IMG/VR virus record: IMGVR_UViG_3300045988_169928
Location: 45,391-109,390 of that record
From: a virus
Length of the DNA: 64,000 bases
Strand: one strand, 5' to 3'
Part shown: positions 40,119 to 48,779 of the stretch, in pieces
How positions within the stretch are numbered: position 1 is the first letter of the stretch
Layout of the letters: every line of letters begins with the position of its first letter
Position numbers and translations under genes: made by a program
The notes under the pieces: model-generated
Database searches by the model: none
What the model saw: the letters and a program-made list of their open reading frames with translations, nothing else
Told to the model about the DNA's origin: nothing

Positions 40119-41984
40119 ATGGCAACACTAACTAAATCATCTGAAACGATGAAGTTAATTTATCCTAAGGAAACTAATACACGTCCACACGTTGCAACAC
40201 AATACAATGATAACGCATTAAATAATGTTGCAGGTTCTTCGTCCAAGAATATCTTCCTATTAGGATCAGCAACAGAAGGCAACCCAGATAATATCTATGA
40301 AGTTAAATCATCTTCCCAAGCTCGGGCCATTTTTGGGTCTGGTGATCTGGTTGAAGCAATGGAATTAATCTGGAACCCAACAGGTAGCTACTACCAAAAT
40401 GGTGGGACAATCTATGCACAACGGGTTGAAAATGCAACCCAAGCTCAATTGGTCAAGGGGCCTTTAACTTTTACTTCTACTGTTTATGGGGCAAGTGCTA
40501 ATAAGGTATCTGTTTCATTTAACAAGAACCCTGTATCTGGGGCTTATGATTTCCATGTTGATTATGAACCCAAGATGTATTCCCAAACGTACATGAGTAT
40601 TGGTAATCTCTTTACGATTGGTTATGACCCGACTTCTTCCAATGTAACGGGGGCTGGGTATAAGATTACAGGTGATCTTTCTGGTGCCCAAACCTTTGAG
40701 ATTGTACTGAATACGTCTGGTGCGTCACAACCAGTCCTAACGATGGATTTAACCAGTACCGCTTACAATAACATTGGTAAGGTTATTACAGCAATTAGTG
40801 CATTACCTGGTTTTACCGTTACCACATTAAAGAGCTGTGCTAACATTGATTCAACCACTTTGGACTTGACCAGTGGTAGTGGTTATCTTACTTTGGGGAC
40901 TGGTTCCGCACCAACCACGATTACCGACTTCTATGGTGACTTACTTTACACCACTCGCTATGATGATTATGTAGGTATTAGTGTTAATCGTTTAGGGGCA
41001 CCAACAGGTGTAAGTGCCGAGGCTAGTGGTAGTGACACGGTAGTTACTGCTAATGCACAAGAGATCACTTTTGTACCATTTGACGCTACTAATCTTTCTG
41101 GCGGTAGCGATGGTAATGTACCAGTTTCATGGGCTGATAAGTTCCAGAACGTTCATGAGGTCAATGCTTACTACATTGTTCCATTGACGAGTGAAGAAAA
41201 CATTCACGCCGAACTGAAAGAGTTCTTAAATGAAGAAGAAATTCTTGGCTACAACTACTTTGGTTGGGTTGGTGGTGGATTTAATGAAAGTATGAGCGCC
41301 GCCATCAACCGGCAAACGGCTTTAAAGTCTGATCGTATTGCCTTAGTAGCTAACTCTGGGTATTACAATAGTCTCAGTGGGAAAGTCGTTCACGCACCTG
41401 CTTATCTAATGGCCGCCTATGTAGCGGGGGTTGCTAGTTCCTTGGGTGTTGGCGATTCTGTTACCCACAAATATCTGGAATTAACTAGTCTTGACCAAAA
41501 TTTCAATGGTGATGAATTGAACGCCCTTGATGATAATGGGGTTATCGCAATTGAGAAGGTAGTTAACCGCAACCAATCTGGTGGCTACCGGATTGTCGAA
41601 GATGTTACTACTTACAACTCCACGAATGAACCAGTTAAGAACCTAGTTTCACTTCGGGAAATCACCGACTACTTATTTGATGATCTTCGTATCTATCTTG
41701 AAGATACCTTTATCGGTTCCAGCGTAGTAAATACGACAGGGAGTTTAATCGCTAGTTTTATTGAAGCATTCTTGAAGCAAAAGGTTAGTGAAGGTCTGTT
41801 AGCAAGTTATGATCAGCAAAGCATTACTTGTACCATTGATGGTAATAGCGCCTACGTTGCCTTTAGTGCCGCACCTGCACGTGAAGTACGGACAATTCTC
41901 GTAAGTGGTACTTACACTAACTTCACTAGCACAACTTCTCAAGACAATTCTAATTATACTACCAATAATGGTGTAACTGGTTAA
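40119..41984 (+). CDS. tail sheath-like protein
   Basis: 621 aa. N-terminal NIFLLGSATEGNPDNIYEVKSSSQARAIFGSGDLVEAMELIW fits the sheath N-terminal pattern (VG.A..G....P..V.S...F..FG). C-terminal region conserved-looking. From memory of the P2 FI / XkdK-type sheath family. Confidence 0.55.
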   Translation: MATLTKSSETMKLIYPKETNTRPHVATQYNDNALNNVAGSSSKNIFLLGSATEGNPDNIYEVKSSSQARAIFGSGDLVEAMELIWNPTGSYYQNGGTIYAQRVENATQAQLVKGPLTFTSTVYGASANKVSVSFNKNPVSGAYDFHVDYEPKMYSQTYMSIGNLFTIGYDPTSSNVTGAGYKITGDLSGAQTFEIVLNTSGASQPVLTMDLTSTAYNNIGKVITAISALPGFTVTTLKSCANIDSTTLDLTSGSGYLTLGTGSAPTTITDFYGDLLYTTRYDDYVGISVNRLGAPTGVSAEASGSDTVVTANAQEITFVPFDATNLSGGSDGNVPVSWADKFQNVHEVNAYYIVPLTSEENIHAELKEFLNEEEILGYNYFGWVGGGFNESMSAAINRQTALKSDRIALVANSGYYNSLSGKVVHAPAYLMAAYVAGVASSLGVGDSVTHKYLELTSLDQNFNGDELNALDDNGVIAIEKVVNRNQSGGYRIVEDVTTYNSTNEPVKNLVSLREITDYLFDDLRIYLEDTFIGSSVVNTTGSLIASFIEAFLKQKVSEGLLASYDQQSITCTIDGNSAYVAFSAAPAREVRTILVSGTYTNFTSTTSQDNSNYTTNNGVTG

Positions 41985-41992
41985 TTTTAGGG

Positions 41993-42020
41993 TTGACATA
42001 TTGTAATAGTATGTTATGAT
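41993..42020 (+). promoter_or_regulatory. sigma-70-like promoter (TTGACA-N16-TATGAT)
   Basis: GGTTGACATATTGTAATAGTATGTTATGAT. Confidence 0.5.
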
Positions 42021-42078
42021 TAAGTTAATACTCCATATATAGTTTTGATGTCAGTCAAAGGACATTCCTAGTGGAAAG

Positions 42079-42117
42079 GCTGTCTTGTATTAGTTTACAA
42101 GGTGGTCTTTTTATTTT
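42079..42117 (+). terminator. rho-independent terminator (copy 1 of GGCTGTCTTGTATT...TTTTTATTTT module)
   Basis: CTTGTA-ttagtt-TACAAG hairpin then GTGGTCTTTTTATTTT. Confidence 0.45.
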
Positions 42118-42128
42118 AGAACAATCTA

Positions 42129-42157
42129 TTGACATTACCATATCAAAATGATACTAT
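42129..42157 (+). promoter_or_regulatory. sigma-70-like promoter (TTGACA-N17-TACTAT)
   Basis: TTGACATTACCATATCAAAATGATACTAT. Confidence 0.5.
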
Positions 42158-42274
42158 ATAGTTACATTAATTTAGTCGTTAAGTTAATGTTGGTTAAGTT
42201 TACTAACCCCTTGGTAGCAAAGTATTGTGACGAGACTTGTGCGGTAGGTAGCTTGACATTATTCAGTGCAAAGG

Positions 42275-42310
42275 CTGTCTTGTATTGGTTTACAGGACAG
42301 TTTTTATTTT
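42275..42310 (+). terminator. rho-independent terminator (copy 2, 10-bp stem)
   Basis: CTGTCTTGTA-ttggtt-TACAGGACAG plus TTTTTATTTT. Confidence 0.65.
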
Positions 42311-42330
42311 AGATTTTTTAACAAAAAGTA

Positions 42331-42360
42331 TTGACACTATCTCTACTTGTGGTATTATAT
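42331..42360 (+). promoter_or_regulatory. early promoter, family A copy 1 (TTGACA-N16-TATTATAT) with conserved leader GTTGTCGAAAGGATAAG
   Basis: About 90% identical to copies at 61136 and 61496. The ORF-track ORF 42331.. begins inside this promoter (TTG of TTGACA) and is spurious at its 5' end. Confidence 0.6.
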
Positions 42361-42405
42361 AGTTGTCGAAAGGATAAGGACAAAAAGAAAAGGAGAATCA
42401 TAATT

Positions 42406-42561
42406 ATGGATAAGAAGTACGAAGATTACAGTTTTGAAAACGACTTAGGTTATGACGAATACCTTTGGTATCGTGATCACCCAGAAGAAGCTAAGAAGGA
42501 AAAGGGATACGAGTTTGACCAATGGCAAAAGCAAGCCATCATGGACGACAAGGCAGAGTAG
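42406..42561 (+). CDS. small acidic early protein (51 aa)
   Basis: ATG at 42406 with RBS AAAAGGAGA. MDKKYEDYSFENDLGYDEY... Confidence 0.5.
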   Translation: MDKKYEDYSFENDLGYDEYLWYRDHPEEAKKEKGYEFDQWQKQAIMDDKAE

Positions 42562-42573
42562 GAGGTTTACCCA

Positions 42574-42798
42574 ATGGCAAAAGGATCAAGACGGTATTGG
42601 CATAAGTACATCGTTATGAGAGAGATGGCTCATAAAAATTTGTATCGAGGCATTGACACAGATTTGTCACTTCATGTCAACTTCGTTCGCGAGTTGAATC
42701 ACCTACCCAAGTATCACGGTACCAAGTACCGCGGACTAAAAAGGTGGTTGGCAAAAGAAAATTCAACAGCAAAATTAACTAAGGAGGACAAAAGATGA
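42574..42798 (+). CDS. small basic protein, paralogue of 43220..43441
   Basis: RRYWHKYIVMREMAHKN...LPKYHGTKYRGLKRWLAK versus RRSWHKYIVMNEKANKS...LPKYQGTKYRGQRRWLAK. Confidence 0.55.
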   Translation: MAKGSRRYWHKYIVMREMAHKNLYRGIDTDLSLHVNFVRELNHLPKYHGTKYRGLKRWLAKENSTAKLTKEDKR

Positions 42799-42992
42799 AA
42801 ATTTATGAGGTGTTCACAGAAGTTTTACAAGGGCCAAGCCATGTAGTAGTCGCTAACAATAAAAGCGAAGCTATTGAGATGACGATTAATTATCTCAACC
42901 AATCCCCAACACACCATGTATATAAGCCTTCTGATTTCTATGCTGGTGTTATTAATGTTGACAAGTTGTCAGAGCCAACAATTATTTGTTAG
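42795..42992 (+). CDS. hypothetical small protein
   Basis: 65 aa. Start overlaps the previous stop. Confidence 0.45.
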   Translation: MKIYEVFTEVLQGPSHVVVANNKSEAIEMTINYLNQSPTHHVYKPSDFYAGVINVDKLSEPTIIC

Positions 42993-43004
42993 GAGTGATG
43001 ATAG

Positions 43005-43223
43005 ATGGAGATAGATAAGCATTTCATAGAACAAGAGAAATTAGATGAAGAAACAATTAACCAAGTTATTAAAGGATTTCAAAATGCAGGGGAACAATAT
43101 AATGGCCTTCAATGTGCAATTGCAATGGAAATCCTATTAAGAACTCTATGCCCAGAAGAAGAACAAAGAACCTTGGTTAAGGAACTTGTAGATAACTTCT
43201 ATAATGTTGAGGTGGATAAATGA
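43005..43223 (+). CDS. hypothetical small protein
   Basis: 72 aa. No motif. Confidence 0.45.
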   Translation: MEIDKHFIEQEKLDEETINQVIKGFQNAGEQYNGLQCAIAMEILLRTLCPEEEQRTLVKELVDNFYNVEVDK

Positions 43224-43441
43224 CAAAAATAAATCCTAGATCTAGACGTTCTTGGCACAAATACATTGTCATGAACGAGAAGGCTAACAAAAGCGTAGAT
43301 CGATGTGTTGACACGGATTGGCCAATGTTTATCAATTGGCAAGCGAAGCATATGCACCTACCAAAGTACCAAGGCACCAAGTACCGTGGACAAAGAAGAT
43401 GGTTGGCAAAAGGAAAGGTAACTAAAGGAGATAAAAAATGA
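43220..43441 (+). CDS. small basic protein, paralogue of 42574..42798
   Basis: See the paralogue at 42574..42798. Start overlaps the previous stop. Confidence 0.55.
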   Translation: MTKINPRSRRSWHKYIVMNEKANKSVDRCVDTDWPMFINWQAKHMHLPKYQGTKYRGQRRWLAKGKVTKGDKK

Positions 43442-43845
43442 CTGGTCAAAGGTTTATTAGTTTTGCAAAGTATAAAGTTCTACAATGGCTATGGCACAAT
43501 GTTGAAGATATGGACGGTATCAGTTACAATGACATTTTCGTTGTTTGGTACTCTAAGACCTTACAGAACCGTAAGGTACTCCTAGGAACTTGCTTTACCA
43601 ATCATTATTTTGAATGCACGTTCAATGGAGATAAGGGTGAAATGTATGTTGACGTATACGACAAGGTTCAAAATGAATGTTTCAAGGTTACACAATTAAA
43701 TAATGCAGAGACGTCTAACGGTAATAAAGAAGAAATGGACGTGTACAAGAAAGTACAAAACGTATGCGTTAAGGTTGGCAAAAAGAAATTTAGTATCAGA
43801 GATTTAATCTCAAAGTTAACTAAAGGTGGTAAAAATGGGAAATAA
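43438..43845 (+). CDS. hypothetical protein with internal duplication
   Basis: GDKGEMYVDVYDKVQNECFKVT / GNKEEMDVYKKVQNVCVKVG internal repeat. Confidence 0.5.
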   Translation: MTGQRFISFAKYKVLQWLWHNVEDMDGISYNDIFVVWYSKTLQNRKVLLGTCFTNHYFECTFNGDKGEMYVDVYDKVQNECFKVTQLNNAETSNGNKEEMDVYKKVQNVCVKVGKKKFSIRDLISKLTKGGKNGK

Positions 43846-44134
43846 TAAAACCTGTCCGTACTGTCACGAACAAAAGGACATAATTAACACACTGGATCAT
43901 AGTCGGATTTATGTTGCCGGTATGGAACAACCCGGTCAAGTTGTTCATATCTATGATAATCGACTGATCTGTGAGGAGCAGACAATCGAATCACGAAAAA
44001 TTAATTTTTGTCCAATGTGTGGACGAAAACTTGACAATGGTAAAGAGAAACATAAAACAAAACCTAAGGCCGATAGTAAGAAACCAAAAACAAATTATAT
44101 TGATGAAGTATTAACGCAGTTTGAAAGAAAATAA
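43826..44134 (+). CDS. zinc-ribbon protein (CPYC...CPMC)
   Basis: CPYCHEQ ... CPMCGRKL four-Cys ribbon. Lys-rich tail. Confidence 0.5.
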   Translation: MVKMGNNKTCPYCHEQKDIINTLDHSRIYVAGMEQPGQVVHIYDNRLICEEQTIESRKINFCPMCGRKLDNGKEKHKTKPKADSKKPKTNYIDEVLTQFERK

Positions 44135-44546
44135 ATCTAGGAGTGAAAGACTAATGACAATGGATAATCAAGCAGAATTAGTAAACAAGTTGAGTGACCA
44201 AGTTCCCCAGATGTTAGAGGATATTAATAAGCTAACTAAGAAGTTAGATGATTTAGAACGAAAGGCTAAGGAAACTCAAGCGTTGTGCAATGAGTTGAAG
44301 CAAGGTCAACCTAAGCGACAAAAGGGTGGAGTTAAGATTAGTTTTGCCCCGCTAGATTCCGGTCTTAAATTCCAAGAATTGGTCTTTAGCAATGTTAGTG
44401 AAGCTGAATCAGCCTTGGGTTCTTCTCGTGGTTCCATTGGTAAGCGGTTGGCAGGTAAGATTAAGTCACTTTCTTTCAATGCGACTTATAAGGGTAAGGA
44501 AGGAATTGCAGTTGTTAAGGTAACACCACACATTGAATTACCATAG
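44121..44546 (+). CDS. hypothetical protein
   Basis: 141 aa. N-terminal coiled coil. Confidence 0.45.
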   Translation: MKENKSRSERLMTMDNQAELVNKLSDQVPQMLEDINKLTKKLDDLERKAKETQALCNELKQGQPKRQKGGVKISFAPLDSGLKFQELVFSNVSEAESALGSSRGSIGKRLAGKIKSLSFNATYKGKEGIAVVKVTPHIELP

Positions 44547-44548
44547 TT

Positions 44549-45676
44549 TTGGAGGCGAAACCAATGAAGTTACTGGTTGCTAGTGATATTCACTTAACTA
44601 ATTACAACGCTTTTAACGAAGAAATTTCAGGCCAACCCCAAACTGGTTCCCGGCTTAACTATCTGTTAAGTGCTTTATCTTATTTTTTCTGTTATGGTCG
44701 AGATCGTGGTATTATGCACTATGTAATTAATGGTGACTTATTTGATAAGCGCCAACGGGATAACCCAGCTACCCTAGCTTATATCCGGGCTTGGCTTGCT
44801 GGCTGTGCGATTAATTTACCTAAGGAAGCGAAGGTATATTTTAATGTTGGTAATCATGACGAGTTAGGACGTGACGTATACCCAAATTCGTTAGTTGATT
44901 TTCCTTACTTAGATAGCCGATTTGTTGTTGTTAATAAAGTTCAGTTGTTTAGTCTGAATGATGATTCTAAATTATTCTTTGTTCCCTACACCGAGAATGT
45001 AGAGCAGAGTAAGAAGGATATTAAAGAATCAATTAAGTACATGAAAGGGCCAACTACTGTCTTTGCACACACTGGTGTTGAAGGCGGTGTCCAAGGACGT
45101 TGGCAACATAGACTAGAGGGTGCTTATAGTTTATCTGATCTAGGATATGACCAACCTAATGTTAAAGCCGTTATCTTGGGACATTATCACAACCGTTACT
45201 TTATTAAGAAACAACCCAAGCCAGCTTGGTATGTTGGAGATTTACTGGGTTTATCTTTTAATGATTTAAATAAAGATGGTAGTGGGGCTGACCGGGGCTT
45301 TGATGAGATTGATACATTAACTGGTAAGCATACCTTTGTTAATCTGTCTAAGCTATACCCTACCTTTAATCAATTTGATTATGATGAAAGCAAGGTATCA
45401 GCATATCAGGAATTAGCTAAGGATAATTACCTCAAGTTAGTGTTTAGTGACAATAATACCCTGTCAGAGTTCATGAGTGGCCCATACAAGGACTTTAACC
45501 AAGCTCATGTACAATTATCTATTAGCCCTGCTAAAACGTCTGAAAAAGCCTTAGACGAGGAATTAGAACACAATGCAAGTGACTATGAATTAGTTAAGTC
45601 CTATTGTGAGGATAAATATCCCGAGGTTACAAAGTCCGCACTCAACTACCTAATGAAAGCAAGGGAAAGTGATTGA
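44549..45676 (+). CDS. SbcD/Mre11-like metallophosphoesterase nuclease
   Basis: LVASDIHL, INGDLFD, NVGNHD, GHYH: calcineurin-like phosphoesterase motifs I-V in order. Confidence 0.75.
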   Translation: MEAKPMKLLVASDIHLTNYNAFNEEISGQPQTGSRLNYLLSALSYFFCYGRDRGIMHYVINGDLFDKRQRDNPATLAYIRAWLAGCAINLPKEAKVYFNVGNHDELGRDVYPNSLVDFPYLDSRFVVVNKVQLFSLNDDSKLFFVPYTENVEQSKKDIKESIKYMKGPTTVFAHTGVEGGVQGRWQHRLEGAYSLSDLGYDQPNVKAVILGHYHNRYFIKKQPKPAWYVGDLLGLSFNDLNKDGSGADRGFDEIDTLTGKHTFVNLSKLYPTFNQFDYDESKVSAYQELAKDNYLKLVFSDNNTLSEFMSGPYKDFNQAHVQLSISPAKTSEKALDEELEHNASDYELVKSYCEDKYPEVTKSALNYLMKARESD

Positions 45677-47502
45677 TTAAGTTATTAATTGGCAACATTA
45701 ACATTAAATTAGTGTTTGAAGATCTACCTGATAAAGAGGTTAAGTGGGTTAAGAAACAAATTCATAATACTTTAGACCCGCTTGACCCACAGCGGTACCA
45801 TAAGAAAGCCTACAACCAACGAGATAAGTTCGGGAGTCGTTTCTGGGACGGCCGCATAAAGGTCTGTGACTTAGATAATAATTTAGTTCCCACTGGTTTA
45901 TATGATGAGTTAATTAAACTATTGGACACTGCCATTGTTCCCCAAGGCTTTCAGTATTCCTATGAAGATCAACGTAAGCCCCAACTATTAGTTAAAGTTC
46001 CTGATCAAATTGATTTAAAGGACTTAATGGGTGATGGCAAGGATATAACCTTGCGTGACTACCAATATTCGTCTGTAAGAAGTGCTTTTGATAATCAAGT
46101 AGGGATTGTCTTGTTAGCCACTAACGCAGGTAAGACGAGTGTAGCTGTTAGTATATTCAAGTTTTTATTAGAGCAACGCCTCAAGGATAACGAAAAGCTG
46201 TTGTTCATTGCACCTAACACCAGTGTAATGAACCAGCTTTTTCATGATTATCAACGATATATTGGTGCAGATAAGGTTGGTATTTGGGGTGATAGTAAGA
46301 AGGATTTAACTAAGCCAATTATTGTTGCTACTTACCAAACCCTTAACTCAACCCTCAAAAAACCAGAGGTTAAGTTAACCAAGAAGAAAGATAAGCATTT
46401 AGAGCGGTTTGCAGTTACTTATCACAATATGATTTTCGATCATGGAGATCCTTATACCAACTTGAAATTGTTAGCACTAAACTTGAAGCCCAAGTACAAG
46501 TATCAAGCTGACGATCCCCAAGATCTAAAAGACATTTATTCAGTAGTTTCTAATTCAAAACAAACCAAAGAATACTTTGATGGTTTATATAAAAAGTATA
46601 AAAAGTTAGTATATAAGAACCATAAAGATGAGTTTGAACGATATGACGAGTGTAGGGACTTATTAAATAGTGTGGTTGCTACAATTGTTGATGAGTGTCA
46701 AGGGGCTGGGGCACCATCATATTGGAACATTTTCCAAGAACTGAATAATTCCCGTATGCGGATTGGTTTAACTGGTACCATGCCTAAACAGGATAAGTTA
46801 AAGATGGTTCGTATTAAAGCCTTGCTAGGGATGCCCATTGCTAATATTTCTAATGACGAGATGATTAAACGGGGTTTCTCGGCTAAGCCTCATATTAAGA
46901 TGGTTAAAGTTGATCAGCCGGTTGACCTTGAGCAAAGAGTAGGGGCGGAACTACAACGCCGGGCTAATCGAGGAATGATTACTGGTGACCTAGTTAATTA
47001 CCAACTAGCCTATCGTTTAGGGGTTATTGATAATGAATACTACAATCAAGTAGTTTCTAACATTGCTTTTAAGGCCAGTGAACGGGTTAAGAAGCATGGT
47101 AAAGCAGTTATGGTGATGGTTAATTCTCTGGAACACGGGGAGAACATTGCCAAGAAACTGGATAAACTCGGTGCTAAGTATGACTATGTAAAAGGTGAAG
47201 ATGATACCGAAACTAGAGAGAAAGTCTTAGATCGGGTACGGAGTGGTGAATTACCAATTGTAATTGCCACTAAGATTTTTGAAGTAGGTATTAACTGTCC
47301 TAACATTCAGGTATTTGTTCAATGTAGTGGTGGTAAGTCTTATGTATCATTAATGCAACGGATTGGTCGGATTCTTCGTATTCAAGAAGATAAACATGAC
47401 GTTTATGTATTTGATCTAGTTAATACCAATTCCGATATATTGTACCGTCAGGCTCAAGAACGGTATCGTCAGTACCAACAGGAAGGATTTGACATTTCAT
47501 GA
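45673..47502 (+). CDS. SF2 DNA helicase (DEAD/DEAH-like)
   Basis: TTG start overlapping the previous stop (TTGA). Motif I ATNAGKTSVA, motif II VDECQ, motif III TGTMP, motif VI QRIGRILR. Confidence 0.75.
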   Translation: MIKLLIGNINIKLVFEDLPDKEVKWVKKQIHNTLDPLDPQRYHKKAYNQRDKFGSRFWDGRIKVCDLDNNLVPTGLYDELIKLLDTAIVPQGFQYSYEDQRKPQLLVKVPDQIDLKDLMGDGKDITLRDYQYSSVRSAFDNQVGIVLLATNAGKTSVAVSIFKFLLEQRLKDNEKLLFIAPNTSVMNQLFHDYQRYIGADKVGIWGDSKKDLTKPIIVATYQTLNSTLKKPEVKLTKKKDKHLERFAVTYHNMIFDHGDPYTNLKLLALNLKPKYKYQADDPQDLKDIYSVVSNSKQTKEYFDGLYKKYKKLVYKNHKDEFERYDECRDLLNSVVATIVDECQGAGAPSYWNIFQELNNSRMRIGLTGTMPKQDKLKMVRIKALLGMPIANISNDEMIKRGFSAKPHIKMVKVDQPVDLEQRVGAELQRRANRGMITGDLVNYQLAYRLGVIDNEYYNQVVSNIAFKASERVKKHGKAVMVMVNSLEHGENIAKKLDKLGAKYDYVKGEDDTETREKVLDRVRSGELPIVIATKIFEVGINCPNIQVFVQCSGGKSYVSLMQRIGRILRIQEDKHDVYVFDLVNTNSDILYRQAQERYRQYQQEGFDIS

Positions 47503-47747
47503 AAAAGAGAGCTACTATTTTATATAATATTCATACCAACAAGGGGTATCGATACGGTTCCCGTGCGGACGCCGCTATTGCGTGTAATGTAACTGGGGCC
47601 AAAGTGGGTAACGTATGTAATTTAAAGGACAAGCATTTACTCGTTGACGATACCTACACTGCCTTTTATGCCGATGATTATACAGTTGATAATGTTCAAG
47701 AACGCATGGCCAAGATCAAAGAATCATACCCCGACTTGCTAGATTAA
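47499..47747 (+). CDS. hypothetical protein
   Basis: 82 aa. Overlaps the helicase stop. Confidence 0.45.
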   Translation: MKKRATILYNIHTNKGYRYGSRADAAIACNVTGAKVGNVCNLKDKHLLVDDTYTAFYADDYTVDNVQERMAKIKESYPDLLD

Positions 47748-47766
47748 GTAAGAAGGTGGTGATTAA

Positions 47767-48768
47767 ATGGCTGATAGTAATAAGAGCAGTTCTAACTCAA
47801 ATAATAGTAGTAATGCTCAAGCAGAATCAAGTAAGTTAATGCTTGTACCGGAGGAGATTACCCCGGTTGCACACGCAACAGACAAAGAAACTTTAAGGTA
47901 TGCTCACAGTGTATCTTATGTGCCATCAGTAGTTATCTCGACCATTGAAGGGACATATCCTTTGGTTCCACGCAACTACTCACATTACTTGCCTAATGGC
48001 GCCAGAGAAGATTTTATCGATGACATTATCAGTCTACAAACACAGAACTTGATGAGTAATGATATTCCAACTTGTACTATCACTCTTGGAGATCAATACG
48101 ATTGGAGTTCTGTTTTGTCAGTTAATGATTTAATTCGTATCGATTTAGTTTTACCGGTTGGTAGTAGTGGTAATAATGATTCTCTTAAACCAAATGTTTC
48201 CCTTGCTAACAAGCGGTGGCAGTTAAAGACTAGCGGTAGTGGAGATAATACTACTTATTCGACTGAATTTGAAGATACAATTTCTTACTTTCAAGGGGAC
48301 GCTAATACCCAAGTTGACGCCATTAAGTACAACATTTACTATGGTCTGGTTTCGTCTTTGTCTAGAAACACTTCTTATAGTTCTAGCCAAACCACCTACA
48401 CCATTGTTGGTCAAGGTATGGCAAAGATTCTTTCTAGTATTCAGTTAGCAAGTTTTAGTGAATTATCAGCTAACCTAAGTGGTTATCAAATGTTACCCGA
48501 TGATGAAAAGACCGGGATTGCTTTTGGTAATCATACCAGTGCCAATATCATAAAACAGATTATCAATCGGTTTATTCTTCAAAACCAAAGTGGAAGTAAC
48601 ACTTATGATTTTGAAAGTGTTAATGATAATTCATATGGGATTGGTATTACAACTCGTTCTACCGCAGTTCAGGTTGATTGGTGGGGCGATCTAATGGGAA
48701 ATGCGATTAGCGAGGACACCTATTCAGCATATATGGATAGCATTGCCAATAATGGTGGCAATAGTTAG
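47767..48768 (+). CDS. hypothetical (possibly virion) protein with S/N-rich N-terminus
   Basis: MADSNKSSSNSNNSSNAQ, a leader similar to that of the next gene. Confidence 0.5.
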   Translation: MADSNKSSSNSNNSSNAQAESSKLMLVPEEITPVAHATDKETLRYAHSVSYVPSVVISTIEGTYPLVPRNYSHYLPNGAREDFIDDIISLQTQNLMSNDIPTCTITLGDQYDWSSVLSVNDLIRIDLVLPVGSSGNNDSLKPNVSLANKRWQLKTSGSGDNTTYSTEFEDTISYFQGDANTQVDAIKYNIYYGLVSSLSRNTSYSSSQTTYTIVGQGMAKILSSIQLASFSELSANLSGYQMLPDDEKTGIAFGNHTSANIIKQIINRFILQNQSGSNTYDFESVNDNSYGIGITTRSTAVQVDWWGDLMGNAISEDTYSAYMDSIANNGGNS

Positions 48769-48779
48769 GGGGTATAGTT

